A stretch of DNA of 64,000 bases from an uncultured Verrucomicrobiota bacterium (GTDB taxonomy: Bacteria > Verrucomicrobiota > Verrucomicrobiia > Limisphaerales > UBA8199), in assembly GCA_964631605.1 (NCBI GenBank), contig CAZVYG010000005.1:39858-103857 (forward strand). Reading direction: 5' to 3'. The notes under the pieces were generated by a model. The model made no database searches and was not told the DNA's origin. It worked only from the letters and a program-made list of their open reading frames with translations. This document shows positions 8,371-17,693 of the stretch, one piece after another. Made by a program: the position numbers and the translations under genes. Within the stretch, counting starts at the first letter, position 1. The number at the start of each line of letters is the position of its first letter.

Positions 8371-11300
8371 GTGAAGCCCCGGCGGCCGTTGCTCGTTCTG
8401 GTTTTGGCCGCCAGCCTGGCCCCCAGCGCACCGGCGGCGCCGCGGCCGGAATCGGCGTCGTGCTCGCTGGCGGGCGTCTGGCGGTTCGCCCTGGATCGCG
8501 CCGATGTTGGAATCGCGCAGGCATGGTTTGGGCGCAGCCTGCCCGATCGCATCCAACTGCCCGGCGTGCTCCAGGCGCAGGGTTACGGCGATGAAATCAG
8601 CACCAACACCCCCTGGGTCCTGTCCCTGTACGACAAGAATTGGTTTCTGCGCGACGAGTACAAGGCGTACTCGCAGCCGGGAACCGTCAAGGTGCCGTTC
8701 CTGTCCCAACCCCCGCGCCACTATCTCGGCGCGGCCTGGTACCAGCGCGACATCGAAATCCCCACCCATTGGCTCGGCCGCCGGGTCGAGTTGTTCCTCG
8801 AGCGAACACGCTGGGAGACCCGGGCCTGGCTGGATCACCGGCTGCTGGGAACCAACAACTCGCTCTGCGTGCCGCATCTGTTTGAAGCCGGCGTCGTGGG
8901 CGACGGCCCGGACCAGATCAAGCCGGGCAGCCATCGGCTCACCGTGCGCGTGGACAATCGCATGCTGATGAATTACCGGGCCGACGCGCATGCCGTGAGT
9001 GATTCCCTGGGCAGCACTTGGAATGGCATCGTCGGCAGGATTGAACTGCGCAGCACACCCCAGGTGTGGGTCGAGGAGGTGCGCGTCCAGCCGGATGCCG
9101 CCCGCAAGAGCATCGCCGTCAGTGCGATTCTCAAAAAAATCTCGGGACAGCGTTTTGCGGGCAAAATCTCCTACACGATTGAAGCGGGACCCGGCGCCGC
9201 AAAACTGAGCGTGCCGGCGCGCAGCCGCAATTTTAAAACCGACGCGGCCAGCCTCGAGCTCGCGCTGGAACAGGATTGGCCCTTGGGAGAGCAGGCCCAA
9301 TGGTGGGACGAATTCTCCACCCCCCTTTATTTGCTGCGCCTGACTCTGCGCGGAGAGCCGGCCGATTCCTGGCCGGCTTTTGAGCAGGAGTTGACGGTCC
9401 CCTTCGGCCTCCGCGATTTCAAGGCCCTCGGACAGGAGTTCATCGTCAACGGGCGTCCGACCCATTTGCGCGGAACGCATCACGGCGGCGATTTCCCGCT
9501 CACCGGCTATCCGCCGTGCGACGTCGGGTATTGGCTGGAACTCTGGCGGACCTGCAAGGACTGGGGTTTGAATCACGTTCGGTTCCATTCGTTTTGTCCG
9601 CCCGAAGCGGCGTTTGAAGCCGCCGATCAGGCCGGCATCTACCTCCAGATCGAGCCGGGGATGTGGAACGAGATCAGCCCGGGCACGGCCATCGAAAAGA
9701 TGCTCTACGCGGAAACCGAACGCATCCTCAAGGCCTATGGCAACCACCCCTCCTTCGTCCTGATGTCCGCCAGCAACGAAGCCAAGGGCCGGTGGAAAGA
9801 GGCGCTGCCTCGTTGGGTCAATGTTTTCCGCCAGAAGGATCCCCGCCGCCTTTACACCCCGGACACCGGCTGGTCCCTGATTGACGAACCCGGCCCGGTC
9901 GAGGGCGCCGATTTCCTCGCGGTCCATCGCATCGGCCCGAACCTGCTGCGGGGCGCCACGGCCTGGTTCGGTCGGGACTACGCGCGGTCCTTGCGCGGCG
10001 TCAATGTGCCGGTCGTTTCTCATGAGTTGGGGCAGTGGTGCGCTTATCCCGACCACAGCGTGATCTCGAAATTCAGCGGCTATCTGCGGCCGGGCAACTA
10101 CGAAATCTTCCGCGACTCGCTCGCGAACCACGGCCTGCTGGATCAAAACCGGGAGCTGGCCCGCGCGTCGGGCCGTTTTCAATTCCTCTGCTACAAGGAG
10201 GAAATCGAAGCCAACCTGCGCACACCGGGGCTGGCCGGCTTTCAATTGCTCGATTTGCACGATTATCTCGGCCAGGGGACCGCCCTGGTCGGTTTGCTTG
10301 ACCCTTTCTGGGAATCAAAGAACTACGCCTCCGCTCCCGAATTCCGGCGCTTTTGCAGTCCCACCGTTCCCCTGGCGCGCCTGGCTCGCCGCGTCTTCAC
10401 CACCGCCGACCGGTTTGAGGCCCCGGTCGAAATCGCCCACTATGGCCCCGTGCCGCTGACCCATGCCGCCGTCCGTTGGCAAATCGTCAATCCCGCCAAT
10501 GCTGTGGTCCTCAGCGGCCGCTGGCCGGCGCAAACCATCGCTCATGGCAGGACCGCTTTGCCGGGCGCAATCACGGCAGACCTCGCCAACCTCCCCACCC
10601 CCCACGCCTATCGCCTCGTGGTGAGCATCGAGCCGGAGTCTCGCCCGCCTGATGACCCGGGCCGGTCCCTGGTCGCACTGGCCTCCTTCCAGCCATTCGA
10701 GAACGACTGGAAATTCTGGCTCTATCCGTCCCGCCTCGAGGTCCCGACCCCCGCGGAGATTCTCGTGACCACCTCGTGGAGCGAGGCGGCGGCCCGGTTG
10801 GCAGCCGGGGACAAGGTGCTTTTCCTCCCCCAGACTGCCGATCTGGACTGGACCTGCCCACCCTTGGACACCGTTCCGGTGTTCTGGAACCGGCTCATGA
10901 ATCCGGGCTGGAGCCGGATGTTGGGGCTCTGGTGCCAGGCTCGTCATCCCGCCCTCGCCCAATTCCCGACCGACGCCCATTGCGATTGGCAATGGACGGA
11001 ATTGCTGCGGCGCGCCCGGGCAATCAACTTGGACCCTTTGCCCCGCCATCTACAGCCCATGGTTGCGGCCATTGACGACTGGAGCCGCAACCACAAGCTT
11101 GGCCTGCTGTTCGAGTGCAAAGTTGGAGCGGGCCGTTTGCTGGTGTGCTCGCTGGATATTCAGAGCGACGAGGCCTCAAAACCCGTCGCCAGTCAGTTGC
11201 GGCGCTCCCTCCTGGCCTACATGGCCGGCCCGCAGTTTGAGCCGGCGGTCACCCTTTCCCCCGCCGAGGTGCAGGGCTTTTTGTTCGACACTCGCATCAT

Positions 11301-11808
11301 GCGGAAGCTCGGCGCCCGGGCGCAGGGCGGCGGCGCGGATGCCAGCGCGCTGCTCGATGGCGACCCGAACACCTTTTGGAGCGCCGGGGGCGGCAGGCGC
11401 GGCGGCCCGGAACGTGGGCATCCACACGAAATCACCATCCAATTCCCCCAACCGGTCACCCTCGAGGGGGTGGTGCTGCTAAACCGTCAAAACGACCGCG
11501 ACCATCTGGGCGACATCCGCGCTTATCGGCTCGAAGGCGGTGACGACGGCGCGGCCTGGCGCGAAATCGCCGCCGGCGAACTGGCCTCCACCTGGAACCC
11601 GCAACGATTGAAATTCGGGACTTCTGTCACGGTGCGTTTTCTGAAGTTGACGGCCCTCTCCGGCTTTGGCGCCGATACCAGCGCCGCCCTCGCCGAGTTC
11701 GCCGTCCTGTACGCGGGCCCGCCCCTGCCAGAAACGCCCGGCGGCGCGCCCGAATATAAACGTTCCCGCAGCACGTCCACCGATGTGGACGAGGGGACTC
11801 CTCCGTGA
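8371..11808 (+). CDS. Glycoside hydrolase family 2 protein (beta-galactosidase-like) with C-terminal F5/8 type C (discoidin) domain
   Basis: GTG start with signal peptide MKPRRPLLVLVLAASLAPSAPA. GH2-type sugar-binding N-terminus: GAAWYQRDIEIP...RVELFLERT. TIM-barrel block: YGNHPSFVLMSASNEAKG. C-terminal discoidin-like segment: LLDGDPNTFWSAGG...ITIQFPQPVTLEGVVLLNRQ...FLKLTALSGF. Confidence 0.8.
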   Translation: MKPRRPLLVLVLAASLAPSAPAAPRPESASCSLAGVWRFALDRADVGIAQAWFGRSLPDRIQLPGVLQAQGYGDEISTNTPWVLSLYDKNWFLRDEYKAYSQPGTVKVPFLSQPPRHYLGAAWYQRDIEIPTHWLGRRVELFLERTRWETRAWLDHRLLGTNNSLCVPHLFEAGVVGDGPDQIKPGSHRLTVRVDNRMLMNYRADAHAVSDSLGSTWNGIVGRIELRSTPQVWVEEVRVQPDAARKSIAVSAILKKISGQRFAGKISYTIEAGPGAAKLSVPARSRNFKTDAASLELALEQDWPLGEQAQWWDEFSTPLYLLRLTLRGEPADSWPAFEQELTVPFGLRDFKALGQEFIVNGRPTHLRGTHHGGDFPLTGYPPCDVGYWLELWRTCKDWGLNHVRFHSFCPPEAAFEAADQAGIYLQIEPGMWNEISPGTAIEKMLYAETERILKAYGNHPSFVLMSASNEAKGRWKEALPRWVNVFRQKDPRRLYTPDTGWSLIDEPGPVEGADFLAVHRIGPNLLRGATAWFGRDYARSLRGVNVPVVSHELGQWCAYPDHSVISKFSGYLRPGNYEIFRDSLANHGLLDQNRELARASGRFQFLCYKEEIEANLRTPGLAGFQLLDLHDYLGQGTALVGLLDPFWESKNYASAPEFRRFCSPTVPLARLARRVFTTADRFEAPVEIAHYGPVPLTHAAVRWQIVNPANAVVLSGRWPAQTIAHGRTALPGAITADLANLPTPHAYRLVVSIEPESRPPDDPGRSLVALASFQPFENDWKFWLYPSRLEVPTPAEILVTTSWSEAAARLAAGDKVLFLPQTADLDWTCPPLDTVPVFWNRLMNPGWSRMLGLWCQARHPALAQFPTDAHCDWQWTELLRRARAINLDPLPRHLQPMVAAIDDWSRNHKLGLLFECKVGAGRLLVCSLDIQSDEASKPVASQLRRSLLAYMAGPQFEPAVTLSPAEVQGFLFDTRIMRKLGARAQGGGADASALLDGDPNTFWSAGGGRRGGPERGHPHEITIQFPQPVTLEGVVLLNRQNDRDHLGDIRAYRLEGGDDGAAWREIAAGELASTWNPQRLKFGTSVTVRFLKLTALSGFGADTSAALAEFAVLYAGPPLPETPGGAPEYKRSRSTSTDVDEGTPP

Positions 11809-13793
11809 TTATGCAAACCGCCAAATCCAGTCGTGTCATCCTGCTGGTTGCCCTGCTAACCGTCCGCGTCGGTTCCCCTGCCCCCGCAGCGAATGACAGC
11901 GCTCTCTCCCCCGTCGGCGAGCCGGCCCGGCCAACGGTCTTTCTGGTCGGAGACTCCACCGTGCGAAATGGGAGCGGCCGGGGGGAAAACGGCCTTTGGG
12001 GATGGGGCAGTTTTCTGGCCGCGCACTTTAACTTGACCCGGGTGCGCATCGAGAACCGCGCCCTGGGCGGCCGCAGCAGCCGCACCTTCATAACTGAAGG
12101 ACTCTGGGACAAAGTCGTTGCGGAACTGCAGCCGGGGGATTTTGTCCTCATTCAGTTCGGGCACAACGACGGCGGCGAACTGGCCAAAGGCGACCGGCCG
12201 CGCGCTTCGCTCAAGGGCGCCGGCGATGAGTCTCAGGAAGTCACTGTCGAGAAGACCGGTAAAAACGAAACCGTCCACACTTACGGCTGGTATCTGCGAA
12301 AATACATCTCCGACGCCAAAGCCCGGGGCGCCGCGCCCATCGTCTGCTCGCCGGTCCCGCGGAATCTTTGGCGCGAGGGCCGGGTGGTTCGAGCGTCAAA
12401 TGACTACGCCCAATGGGCCGCCGAGGCGGCGCGGGCCGGTGGCGCCTTTTTCATTGATCTGAACGAAATCATCGCCTGCCGCTACGAGCAAATGGGACAG
12501 CCGCGGGTTGCGGCGGAGTTTTTCACCGCGGCCGATCACACTCACACCACCCGGGCTGGGGCGGAGGCAAACGCCGCCGCGGTGGTGGAGGGCATCCAGG
12601 GCCTGGATGCCTGCCCCCTCCACGACCTCCTGCTGCCTGTGCGGAGATTCAGCTTCACCCTCAGTGAGGCGCCGCCGGGCTGCACGCCGGTCTCACCGCA
12701 AACCGCCTATGATCCCAGCCGGGGCTTTGGTTTTCTGAACAAAGAACCCGGCCGGTCGGACCAGCCGCCGGTGTTTGCCGTGAATGTCGAGGAAGGCAAT
12801 TACGAGGTGACGGTTCGCTTGGGCGATCCCGCGCGCGCCACCTGCACAACCCTCAGAGCCGAGTCGCGCCGCTTAATGATCGAGAACGTCCAAACCTCGC
12901 CGGGTCAGTTCGTCACCCGCGCTTTCACCGTCAATGTGCGAAAACCCGCCATCCGCACCGGCGGTACCACAATGCTCAATCAGCGCGAAAAAGGGCCGCC
13001 GCCGGTTCCGGACTGGGACGACTGCCTCACGCTCGAGTTCAACGGTCCCCATCCCGGAGTTGCCACACTCGAAATCAAGCCCGCCAACGATGCCGTCACA
13101 GTCTTCCTGGCCGGGGATTCCACGGTCACCGACCAGCCCAAAGAGCCCTACGCGGCTTGGGGCCAAATGCTGCCGCGGTTCTTCCAGCCGGGGGTGGCGG
13201 TGGCCAATCACGCCGAGTCCGGCCTGGCGCTCTTGTCCTTTGAACATCAGCGGCGCCTCGAAAAAATCCTGAGCACAATGAAGAAAGGGGACTACCTCTT
13301 GATTCAGTTCGGACACAACGATCAAAAGGACAAGCGCCCGGAAGCCGGCCCGTTTACAACCTATAAAGCCAGTCTCAAACGTTTCATCGAGGCGGCGCGC
13401 GCCAAGGGCGGCATCCCGGTGCTGGTTACCCCCATGGAGCGCCGCCGCTGGAAGGACAACCTGCCGCAAACCACCCTCGCCGATTACGCCGAAGCGGCCC
13501 GGCAGGCCGCCGCCGAGGAGCAAGTCCCCCTGATTGATCTTCACGCGATGAGCTTGAAGCTCTACGCCGCGCTCGGCCCCGAAGAATCCGCCAAAGTGTT
13601 TGTTCACTACCCGGCCAACACTTTCCCCGGGCAACCGCAAGCGCTGGAGGACGATACCCATCACAGCGCCTATGGCGCCTACGAATTGGCGCGGTGTGTC
13701 GTCGAAGGCATCAAGGCCCAAATCCCGGAGCTGGCGGCTCGCTTGGTCCATACCACATACCAATCGTCGCCGCCTCGGACCGAGGTTCCATGA
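11805..13793 (+). CDS. Tandem rhamnogalacturonan acetylesterase (two CE12 / SGNH-hydrolase domains separated by a beta-sandwich domain)
   Basis: Domain 1 has VFLVGDSTV, LGGRSSRTF, IQFGHNDGG and ADHTHTT. Domain 2 has VFLAGDSTV, IQFGHNDQKD and DDTHHSAYGA. The start is either GTG 11805 (GTGA overlap with the GH2 stop) or ATG 11811. Confidence 0.85.
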   Translation: MIMQTAKSSRVILLVALLTVRVGSPAPAANDSALSPVGEPARPTVFLVGDSTVRNGSGRGENGLWGWGSFLAAHFNLTRVRIENRALGGRSSRTFITEGLWDKVVAELQPGDFVLIQFGHNDGGELAKGDRPRASLKGAGDESQEVTVEKTGKNETVHTYGWYLRKYISDAKARGAAPIVCSPVPRNLWREGRVVRASNDYAQWAAEAARAGGAFFIDLNEIIACRYEQMGQPRVAAEFFTAADHTHTTRAGAEANAAAVVEGIQGLDACPLHDLLLPVRRFSFTLSEAPPGCTPVSPQTAYDPSRGFGFLNKEPGRSDQPPVFAVNVEEGNYEVTVRLGDPARATCTTLRAESRRLMIENVQTSPGQFVTRAFTVNVRKPAIRTGGTTMLNQREKGPPPVPDWDDCLTLEFNGPHPGVATLEIKPANDAVTVFLAGDSTVTDQPKEPYAAWGQMLPRFFQPGVAVANHAESGLALLSFEHQRRLEKILSTMKKGDYLLIQFGHNDQKDKRPEAGPFTTYKASLKRFIEAARAKGGIPVLVTPMERRRWKDNLPQTTLADYAEAARQAAAEEQVPLIDLHAMSLKLYAALGPEESAKVFVHYPANTFPGQPQALEDDTHHSAYGAYELARCVVEGIKAQIPELAARLVHTTYQSSPPRTEVP

Positions 13794-13956
13794 CACGCGT
13801 AACCGAACAGGATGGCCCGAACCGCGCCATTGGCGCCTTTGACCCGCAACACGGGCACGTCCCAATCCACCGGCCCGTCCGGGTTGTCGCCAAAGACAAC
13901 CTTGTCGCCCCGATAGACCCGCCGGTTCATCGCGAACGTCGCGCGCCCGCGCCCCC

Positions 13957-15312
13957 TCACGCGTCCGCTTTGGCCAGCGCCTCGCTGTGGGCCTGAATCT
14001 TGCCAATCGCTTCCACAATGTGGTCCAGGTCGCCGCGTTCGGCCAGCAACAGGTTCTGGGTGAAGGCAATCGTGGTCTCGCACACCTGCTTGTTGCCCTT
14101 CAATTCCTGGAAACTGTCCCGATAGGCTTTGAGCCGCTGGGCGCTCCATAAACGCTTGAACCCGCGCGAGGCGATCGCTTCATCCAGCAGCCCGTCGTAG
14201 TATTGCTCGCGATAAATGCCCCCGCACGGCACTCCCTCGGCGCCCATCGCCCGCGCGAACTTGTCGCGCGACAAACCGTGGAAATGCGAACGATCATACC
14301 GAACCGGGTAGAGATGCCACACCGCCCGGCTGTTCTCCGGCAGACGAACCGGGGTGATCCCCGGGATTTGCCCCAGCCTGGCGGTGAGATAATCAGCATT
14401 GGCCCGGCGGATGGCCGTTTCCTTCACCAGCTTGTCCAACTGCTGCAGCAGGATCACCGCCTGAAGCTGCGTCATCCGGTAGTTCTCGCCCCGGGTGAAA
14501 CTGCCATTGCCTTTGTTGGTGCCAAACGCCCGGCCGCAGTTGTGGAAGGAATTGCATTTATCAATCAGCTCCTCGCTCATGCCCGTGATCGCTCCGCCTT
14601 CGCCCGAGGGCAGATGCTTGGACTCCTGGAAACTGAAGCAGCCCAGGTCGCCCAGGGTGCCGCACTTGCGACCGTGGTATTCGGCCAGCCAGGCCTGGCA
14701 GGCATCCTCCACCACCGCCAGCCCGCGCTTCCGGGCAATGGCGTTGATCGCGTCCATCTCGCACGGCATCCCAAAAATATGCACGGGCATCAACGCCCGC
14801 GTCCGCTCGGTGATCCGGCTCTCGATGGTCGCCGGATCAAGCGTCAGCGTCGCCGGATCCGTGTCCGCAAACACCGGCAACGCTTTCCGGTTCAGAATCG
14901 CGTTGTAACTCGCAATGAACGTGTACGGCGACACAATCACCTCGTCCCCCGCGTCCACGTCCATCACATGCAGGCTGACAATCAGCGCCGTCGTCCCGCT
15001 GGCCGTCGCCAGGCAGCTCTTCGCGCCCAGTAATTGACCGTAGGCTCGCTCGAACTCCGCGACCCGCTCGGCCGAACCCCGAAACCAGCGGCAGCTTCGC
15101 AACACCTTGAGCACCTCCGGCTCCCAGTCCTCGCGCCACTGCGGCCATCGCGTCCAGCCCCCCTTGTGGACCGGCGTTCCCCCCAGCAAGGCCGGCTTGT
15201 TCGCCTCCGCTCCATACCCCAGCGGCGCCCGGCCCGCCCCCAGCCAGCTCAGGGCGATGGACCCCGCCGCCGCCGTTCGGATGAAACCGCGTCGTGTGAA
15301 AGAGTCTTTCAT
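13957..15312 (-). CDS. DegT/DnrJ/EryC1/StrS-family PLP-dependent enzyme with twin-arginine (Tat) signal peptide
   Basis: N-terminus MKDSFTRRGFIRTAAAGSIALSWLGA matches the Tat consensus (S/T-R-R-x-F-L-K). Body matches the DegT family: ASGTTAL, GDEVIVSPYTFIAS, VFADTD, and the Schiff-base lysine context SFQESKHLPSGEGGA. Confidence 0.85.
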   Translation of the reverse strand: MKDSFTRRGFIRTAAAGSIALSWLGAGRAPLGYGAEANKPALLGGTPVHKGGWTRWPQWREDWEPEVLKVLRSCRWFRGSAERVAEFERAYGQLLGAKSCLATASGTTALIVSLHVMDVDAGDEVIVSPYTFIASYNAILNRKALPVFADTDPATLTLDPATIESRITERTRALMPVHIFGMPCEMDAINAIARKRGLAVVEDACQAWLAEYHGRKCGTLGDLGCFSFQESKHLPSGEGGAITGMSEELIDKCNSFHNCGRAFGTNKGNGSFTRGENYRMTQLQAVILLQQLDKLVKETAIRRANADYLTARLGQIPGITPVRLPENSRAVWHLYPVRYDRSHFHGLSRDKFARAMGAEGVPCGGIYREQYYDGLLDEAIASRGFKRLWSAQRLKAYRDSFQELKGNKQVCETTIAFTQNLLLAERGDLDHIVEAIGKIQAHSEALAKADA

Positions 15313-15504
15313 GGATTGATTTCCTTTTCCTGGTTGTGCTCGTCGTTGAAGCCTCGCTGCGCTGCAAATCGTGTAGGCGTTTCGGCTTTGTCACCTTAGA
15401 ATAACCCCGGCCTCATGCGGCCACAACGGTTAATTTGCCGCCCGGGGGCCCGTCCTTTGGGGGCGCCCTTGTTCCCCGTCTTAACCCGTCTGCCGTGGCC
15501 GATT

Positions 15505-16275
15505 TCAGACCGTTCGCTCCACCCGCCGATTGAACGCCACCGCGTCCGCATATTTCACCCCCGTGCCCCCAAAAATGTCCAGGGCCGAGCCAATGGTGAG
15601 GTCAATCCTGCCACGGCCCAGTTCCTGCACCGTCTCCAGGTCGGCCAGCGAGCGGGCGCCGCCCGCGTAAGTCGTCGGCAAGGGCGACCATTCCGCCAAC
15701 CTGCGAACCAATTCCGTGTCAATGCCCCGGCACAACCCCTCGACATCCACCGCATGCACCAGGAATTCACAGCAATACGCCGCCAAACGTTTAAGTGGTT
15801 CAGGCCCCAGCGCCGTGTCGGTGAACCGCGTCCAGCGGTCGGTGACGACGAAATACTCATCCCCCCGGCGCCGGCAGCTCAGGTCCAGAACCAGCCGGTC
15901 CTTGCCGACTTGCGCCGACAATTGCTCCAGCCGCTCCCAATCCACGCGGCCCTCGCGGAAAACCCATGAGGTCACGATCACCTTGGCCGCCCCGCATTCG
16001 AGCCACGACGGCGCGTTGCCGGGGTTGACCCCCCCGCCCAATTGCAGGCCGCCCGGATAGGCTGCCAGCGCCGCGCGCGCCTCGCTCTCGTTGCCAGGCC
16101 CCAGCAGGATGACATGCCCCCCCCTCAGCCCGTCGCGCCGATACAACTCCGCATACCACGCCGCCGGGCGCTCCGACACAAAGTTGGTCCGCAGCTCGCC
16201 GGCTTCGCCCCCAAGAGTGCCGCCGACAATCTGCTTCACCTTGCCCTCATGCAGATCAATGCACGGACGGAACAT
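15505..16275 (-). CDS. hisA: ProFAR isomerase, eukaryotic His6-type HisA (histidine biosynthesis)
   Basis: Near-collinear with yeast His6 as I recall it: RPCIDLHEGKVKQIVGGTL, TNFVS, VIVTSWVF, GKDRLVLDLSCRR, FLVHAVDVEGLCRGID, YAGGARS, DLTIGSALDIFGG. Confidence 0.9.
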   Translation of the reverse strand: MFRPCIDLHEGKVKQIVGGTLGGEAGELRTNFVSERPAAWYAELYRRDGLRGGHVILLGPGNESEARAALAAYPGGLQLGGGVNPGNAPSWLECGAAKVIVTSWVFREGRVDWERLEQLSAQVGKDRLVLDLSCRRRGDEYFVVTDRWTRFTDTALGPEPLKRLAAYCCEFLVHAVDVEGLCRGIDTELVRRLAEWSPLPTTYAGGARSLADLETVQELGRGRIDLTIGSALDIFGGTGVKYADAVAFNRRVERTV

Positions 16276-16283
16276 GGACGCTC

Positions 16284-17444
16284 CTAGAAACGGTGGACGA
16301 GTTTATCCACCAGGAAGGTGCTCTCGCGCATCGCCTGCTCGCTGAAGGGCCCAAACCATCCCGCCACCTTGTGAAAGCGCTGGATGAAGTCGGCCTTGTC
16401 CCCCTGCTCGACCATCCCGATCAACGTGTTCATGGACTGGATGAATTCCTTGAGCAGCGCGCGGCGCTCCGGCGTGGCGAAAATGATCTCGGCATAAAGA
16501 CCGGGGTCCTGGGCAAAGAGCCGCCCCACCATCGCCAGCTCCAGCCGGTAAATGGGACTCGACAGCTCCAACGTCCGCAAAATCGGCACGCCCCGCGAAT
16601 ACAGGAACTGGCCAAAGGCAAACGTGGCAAAGTGGCGCAACGATTGCACAATTCCCATGATCTGGTCGTGGTCCTCGGCCGAGGTCTCCACCAGCACATT
16701 GCCCCAGAGCACCAACTGGTCCAGCAGCCACTGGCACTGGCCGGGGTGCCGCCCCGGGTTTACCACCACGATCTGCTTGTCCATCGTCGAAGTCGCCGGG
16801 CCAAACAGCGGATGCAGCCCCACAACCGGCCCGGCGTGCGCTCGCAACATCGCCGCCAGCGGCTCGCGCTTCAAACTCGTGATGTCCGCCAGCACGCAGT
16901 TGCCCGGCAAATGCGGTCCAATCTGAACCGCCACTTCCGGCGTGACATCAATCGGCACCGCCAGCAGGCACAGGTCAATCCCCGCCACCAGTGACTGTAC
17001 CTGCGGCCAATCCTCCCGGTCCAGCACCCGAACTTCGTAATCCGACTGCGCGAACCACCGGCCGAAAAACCGCCCCATGCTGCCGCGCCCCCCCACGATC
17101 AAGACTCGCGCCCCGGGACGCGCGCCGCGCCGGCCCAGTGTCTCAAGCTGGCCGACGCGCGAATGCCGCAGAACGGTCCGGAACAAATCTTCGACGTAGT
17201 CGGGATCCAACCCCGCCGCGGCGGCTTGCGCCCGGCGGGTCGAGATCAGGTTTTCCTCGCGCGCCGGGTGGTGGGTGGCCAGGGCGTGCTGTTGCTTGAA
17301 CTGCGCCACCTGCTCAACCACCGCGCGCCGGCGGGCGAGCAACTCGACCAGTTGCTGATCCAGCGCGTCTATGTGGGCCCGTAACTGGTCCAGCGACGCA
17401 TCCGGCGGGTCCCCCGGGGCTGGAGCCTTCAAATTCGAATTCAT
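16284..17444 (-). CDS. tyrA: Bifunctional chorismate mutase / prephenate dehydrogenase (T-protein type)
   Basis: AroQ-type CM helix: [36 protein letters not shown] domain: [49 protein letters not shown] chose the ATG at 17444 (MNSNLKAP...). The upstream 52 codons of the track ORF look like non-coding read-through. Confidence 0.88.
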   Translation of the reverse strand: MNSNLKAPAPGDPPDASLDQLRAHIDALDQQLVELLARRRAVVEQVAQFKQQHALATHHPAREENLISTRRAQAAAAGLDPDYVEDLFRTVLRHSRVGQLETLGRRGARPGARVLIVGGRGSMGRFFGRWFAQSDYEVRVLDREDWPQVQSLVAGIDLCLLAVPIDVTPEVAVQIGPHLPGNCVLADITSLKREPLAAMLRAHAGPVVGLHPLFGPATSTMDKQIVVVNPGRHPGQCQWLLDQLVLWGNVLVETSAEDHDQIMGIVQSLRHFATFAFGQFLYSRGVPILRTLELSSPIYRLELAMVGRLFAQDPGLYAEIIFATPERRALLKEFIQSMNTLIGMVEQGDKADFIQRFHKVAGWFGPFSEQAMRESTFLVDKLVHRF

Positions 17445-17693
17445 GCTGCGTTGGTTCTGTTGTTCCGTGTCGCCGCATCCTGCCACGAACCCCCGGCCGA
17501 AGCAACCGCGCTCCCGCATCCCCTCCCCATCGGCCGCCCACGCCTTTCCCTCCCGCCTCTCTCGCGCCTGAAGCCCTGCCGGCCCGCGCGAAGGTTTCAC
17601 CCGCGCCGCGTCCGAACACAGAAAAGAATGGTTTTGCGCCCGGCCTTCGGGCTAAGGTGAAGGGAAGCGCTGCGGTGGCGGCGTTTTTTACCC

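Noticed and set aside
8329-10260. 643-aa minus-strand ORF opposite the GH2 gene. The same class includes 1084..2451, 17688..18977, 44920..46323, 50662..51939, 53429..54463, 59456..60886 and 62500..63960.
   Set aside because: All are antisense to confidently assigned genes, have biased R/G/A/P composition, and lack signal peptides or motifs.
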